NCBI GenBank assembly: GCA_040390065.1
Contig: JAZJZE010000019.1
Coordinates: 1-10,416 of the forward strand
Reading direction: 5' to 3'
Origin: a bacterium
GTDB taxonomy: Archaea > Thermoplasmatota > E2 > JACPAO01 > JAHFTW01
DNA length: 10,416 nucleotides
This document shows, piece after piece, positions 7,367 through 10,416 of this stretch (positions are counted from its first letter, which is position 1; the number at the start of each line of letters is the position of its first letter). The notes under the pieces were generated by a model. The model was not told the origin of the DNA. It saw only the letters and a list, made by a program, of their open reading frames with translations, and ran no database searches. The translations under genes were made by a program, and so were the position numbers.

Positions 7367-7556
7367 CGTTCAGCGCACTTCCGACCCAGGCGAAACACCG
7401 CCGTCGACCGGCCACCCCATCCTCCGACGTCGGCGACCGCAATGAGGTGGCCGCGTGGCTGGTTTCGACCCGGCACGGAGGCACGTTTTCACGGATGACG
7501 ACAGGGCCCAATCCGTGCGCATCCATGCCATTGGGGTTTGCTCGCGAGGCTCGGGC

Positions 7557-7634
7557 GGCCTGGGAGAACTGGAACTGACTGCGGAGAAGGGGAGTTGGGT
7601 CCGGTTCTCCGGTCGGCTCCGTTTCTCCCAGGCC
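7557..7634. repeat. Imperfect inverted repeat with arms of about 30 bp
   Basis: GGCCTGGGAGAActggaactgactgCGGAGAA (7557-7588) pairs with TTCTCCGgtcggctccgtTTCTCCCAGGCC (7605-7634). Confidence 0.7.
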
Positions 7635-7687
7635 TCCCATACCACCGTTCCCTCCCAATGCCGCCTTCGTGGGCGGCGGCCCGGTTT

Positions 7688-7721
7688 CATCTGTTGCATC
7701 TGTTCGATCTGTTGACCCGCC
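7688..7721 (-). repeat. Dispersed half-cassette of the 9-mer family found at 2531-2752
   Basis: The reverse complement reads GGCGGGT-CAACAGATC-GAACAGATG-CAACAGATG, matching GGCGGGT-CAACCGATG-CAACGGATG at 2694-2718. Confidence 0.8.
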
Positions 7722-7805
7722 GTCGGAGCCGGGGCCGTCGGCTGGCGAGCAATCCACCCCCCGCCTTTGGCACAAGACATGCCCTCCGGGCGCGATTCCC
7801 ATTCC

Positions 7806-7812
7806 TTACATA
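7806..7812 (+). promoter_or_regulatory. Putative TATA box TTACATA for the HerA-like gene (probably a leaderless mRNA)
   Basis: About 30 nt upstream of the ATG at 7841, with no obvious SD. Confidence 0.4.
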
Positions 7813-7840
7813 GGCCCTCTCCGAGTAGGCTCCTGAAACG

Positions 7841-9868
7841 ATGGGTCTGCGTCGCCAGGTCGGCATCATCTACGGCAACGCGTCGGCGACGGCGTTCGAG
7901 ATGGCGGTGGGCGATGGTGAGCTGAAGCGCCTGGACTACGTGGAGGTCGAATCGGAAGGCCACCGTGTGCTCGGGCAGGTTGACGCCGTCGAGAGGCGCA
8001 GCCGCCTGTCGTACGAGGAGGCCATCGCGATTCCAGAGGGCCTCGCCGCGGACCAGGAGGACCAGTTGTCGGCCTCGGTGCGCATCATCGGTTGGCGCGA
8101 CATGCAGGGCCGCGTGCAGACGCCGCGTTCGCCGTTTCGTGCCGGGGTGCCCGTGCAGAGCGCCGACGACAAGCTGGTGACGGCGGTCTTGGGCCTGGAG
8201 AACGCTCCCGACGAGGGTGCCTATCTCGGCTTCGTCAAGGGCAGTCGCATCCCGGTCACGTTGTCGATGGACACGTTGGCGCAGAAGCACTTGTCCGTGC
8301 TCGCCAAGACGGGCGCCGGCAAGTCGTACACGGTCGGCGTCATCCTCGAGGAGTTCCTGAAGGCGAAGGTGCCGCTCGTCATCCTCGACCCGCACGGCGA
8401 GTATGGCAGTCTGCGGAGCCCCAACATCGACGAGGCGGAACTGGAGGCGATGGCGCGCTACAAGGTGCGGCCCAAGTCGTTCCAGTCGCAAGTCAAGGAG
8501 TATGCGCTCGACACGAACCTCAATCCGGACGCCCAGCGGCTCGTCCTGGAGGGCATCAACCTGGAGGGCCGCGAGATCGTCGACATGCTCGGCGGCAAGC
8601 TCTCCGGCGGCCAGGTGGGCGTGTTGTACCAGGCCATCAAGGAAGTGAAGGAGCACTTGCCGGCGTACACGCTGCGCGACATCATGGATGGCGTCAACCG
8701 CAACAAGTCGAACGCGAAGTGGAACGTCCTCAACGCCCTCGAAGTCCTGGAGTCGACGAAGGTCTTCGACATCCGTGGCACGCCGGTTCGCGAACTCGTT
8801 GCGCCGGGCCAATGCACAATCATCAACCTGAAGGGTGTCAGCCCGGACATCCAGGAAATTGTCGTCACGCGGATTGCCGGGATGCTCTGGGAGGCGCGCA
8901 AGCGCAGCGAGATCCCTGCGCACATCCTCGTCGTCGAGGAGGCGCACAACTTCTGCCCGGAGCGCAACGTCGGCAACGCCGTCTCCGGCCCGATCATCCG
9001 CACCGTCGCCTCCGAGGGCCGCAAGTTCGGCCTCGGCCTCGTCATCGTGAGCCAGCGGCCGGCCAAGATCGACAAGAACGTCCTGTCGCAATGCAACACG
9101 CAAGTCGTCCTCAAGGTCACGAATCCGAACGACCTCAAGGCCATCGTGCAGAGCGTCGAGGGCATCTCGAACGAGGTGGCCGACGAGGTCCAGCGTCTTG
9201 CCGTCGGGGAAGCCCTCGTTGCCGGCGGCGGCCTCACGCAGCCGGTCTTCGTCTCCGTGCGGCCTCGCCAGACGGCACACGGGGGCCGCAGCGTCAGCGT
9301 CCTGCACCAGGACGAGGAGGAGGTCGACGAGGAGGAAGCCATCGCGGCACCAGTTTCGCCGTTGCCTCCACCGCGGGCCGCGGTCGCCATGCCGACGCCC
9401 GAACCAGTGGTGCCCCGCCCTCCGCCGCCGTCACCATCTGCGCCGCCCACGTTCCAGCCCGCCGCCCTCGACGAGGATGAGGAGAAGCCCAGCTACGACG
9501 CCCCGCCCGCACGCCCGAGGCGTCTGCCGGGGGCGGAGGCCGGTCCAACCTTGGCCCACAAGTCCCGCACGGTGTGGCTCACGTCGGACGCACACGAGAT
9601 CCACCGCGTGGCGGCCCGCATCGGGCTCGTCGGCGCCCACCAATTGCCGGAACGCACCCTGCAGATCGTTTCCGACCTCGAGACGGCACTCGAGCGCAAC
9701 CCCGATGCGCGGCTGCGCCTGCTGCGCGAGATTGCTGACAACGCCTGCTTCGAGGCCGAGCCGGCCTGCATCCGGTGCCCGCTGCGCACCGCGTGCCAGT
9801 ACCACCGCGAGTTGGAGGGGCAACGGCAAAAGAGTGCCAGCCCCATCCGCCGCTTGTGGCGCAGATGA
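7841..9868 (+). CDS. HerA/FtsK-family (DUF87) ATPase with N-terminal HAS barrel and C-terminal endonuclease III-like 4Fe-4S domain
   Basis: HAS-barrel-like N-terminus (VGII...DYVEV...VLGQV), Walker A AKTGAGKS, ILDPHGEY, Walker B LVVEEAHNF and EGRKFGLGLVIVSQRP. An acidic/Pro-rich linker follows, then SDAHEIHRVAARIGLV and CFEAEPACIRCPLRTAC. Confidence 0.92.
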   Translation: MGLRRQVGIIYGNASATAFEMAVGDGELKRLDYVEVESEGHRVLGQVDAVERRSRLSYEEAIAIPEGLAADQEDQLSASVRIIGWRDMQGRVQTPRSPFRAGVPVQSADDKLVTAVLGLENAPDEGAYLGFVKGSRIPVTLSMDTLAQKHLSVLAKTGAGKSYTVGVILEEFLKAKVPLVILDPHGEYGSLRSPNIDEAELEAMARYKVRPKSFQSQVKEYALDTNLNPDAQRLVLEGINLEGREIVDMLGGKLSGGQVGVLYQAIKEVKEHLPAYTLRDIMDGVNRNKSNAKWNVLNALEVLESTKVFDIRGTPVRELVAPGQCTIINLKGVSPDIQEIVVTRIAGMLWEARKRSEIPAHILVVEEAHNFCPERNVGNAVSGPIIRTVASEGRKFGLGLVIVSQRPAKIDKNVLSQCNTQVVLKVTNPNDLKAIVQSVEGISNEVADEVQRLAVGEALVAGGGLTQPVFVSVRPRQTAHGGRSVSVLHQDEEEVDEEEAIAAPVSPLPPPRAAVAMPTPEPVVPRPPPPSPSAPPTFQPAALDEDEEKPSYDAPPARPRRLPGAEAGPTLAHKSRTVWLTSDAHEIHRVAARIGLVGAHQLPERTLQIVSDLETALERNPDARLRLLREIADNACFEAEPACIRCPLRTACQYHRELEGQRQKSASPIRRLWRR

Positions 9869-10152
9869 CCATCACCCCGGAACGCATGGCGAAGTACCTG
9901 GAGACGACGCGGAAGGCCATCGCGAAGGTGAAGGTGGTCGCGCCGCCCAAGTCGTTTGCCGCGCGCATTGCCGACAACTTCCTCGACATGGCCAAGAGGT
10001 ACCACGCCGATGCCATCCATTTCGAGGCGGCAGGCGACTTCGTGAACGCGTTTGCCACGGTCAACTACGCGCACGGCTGGCTGGACGCCGGCGCCCGACT
10101 GGGAGTCTTCGACGTCGGCCAGGACGACGTGCTCTTCACGCTCTTGGACTAG
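9865..10152 (+). CDS. DUF357 domain protein, 95 aa
   Basis: FLDMAKRYHADAIHF...GDFVNAFATVNYAHGWLDAGARLG is the archaeal DUF357 signature. The ATGA overlap with the HerA-like stop suggests translational coupling. Confidence 0.9.
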   Translation: MTITPERMAKYLETTRKAIAKVKVVAPPKSFAARIADNFLDMAKRYHADAIHFEAAGDFVNAFATVNYAHGWLDAGARLGVFDVGQDDVLFTLLD

Positions 10153-10416
10153 AGGCCGTTTCATAACTGCCAGGGTGCCTGCGTCATTTTCCGGCCTTCG
10201 CAATCCCGTTGCGGGCGGCCGCCGGCGGGCCGGCAGCCCGCCAAGGCCGCCCGCGACGGGAGTGTGTGGCCGGAAAATGACCCGGAGGGCGCGCCGCTTT
10301 ACGGCGGATGGCGTCGTCGGAATTGCCTCGGCGTGGCGGTGCCACGCGGTCGGCAACTCCCCCTAGCCCTCCTTGCAAACCGGCGCGCGCAGGCTTCCTG
10401 GAAGTTATGAAACAGC
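10153..10416. mobile_element. MITE-like non-autonomous element with terminal inverted repeats of at least 29 bp; right end may extend a few bases beyond the window
   Basis: Left GCCGTTTCATAACTGCCAGGGTGCCTGCG (10155-10183) matches the reverse complement of 10388-10416 (GCTGTTTCATAACTTCCAGGAAGCCTGCG) at 25/29. It begins directly after CTAG, which contains the DUF357 stop. No transposase-sized ORF; long internal hairpins. Confidence 0.75.

Noticed and set aside
7338-7813. ORFs in the UPF0147-HerA gap, and SRP or RNase P RNA candidates
   Set aside because: The ORFs are low-complexity translations of repeats, and I could not find SRP helix 8 or RNase P GAGGAAAGTCC-like signatures on either strand.
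9560-9868. Stand-alone endonuclease III (nth) gene or pseudogene
   Set aside because: The domain is in frame with the ATPase with no separate start, and no helix-hairpin-helix or N-terminal EndoIII region is seen in the provided frames.

Overview
GC-rich archaeal housekeeping and DNA-repair region. The gene set and non-acidic proteins suggest a Thermoplasmatota-like euryarchaeon (inference). Order: 5' end of a minus-strand gene running off the left edge; tRNA-Gln(CTG); minus-strand TraB-family protein and M50 site-2 protease; then on the plus strand adenylate kinase, DUF106/EMC3-like membrane protein, cytidylate kinase, Hef helicase-nuclease, UPF0147, a HerA-like ATPase and DUF357. The most notable feature is the HerA-like ATPase, which carries a C-terminal endonuclease III-type 4Fe-4S domain (C-x6-C-x2-C-x5-C) after a Pro/acidic linker, with no nurA in the window. 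Each large intergenic gap holds a structured repeat: a 128-bp tandem array duplicating the tRNA 3' end, palindromic 9-mer cassettes at an 85-bp period with a related copy about 5 kb away, a hairpin-rich 470-bp spacer, and a MITE-like element with 29-bp terminal inverted repeats at the right edge.
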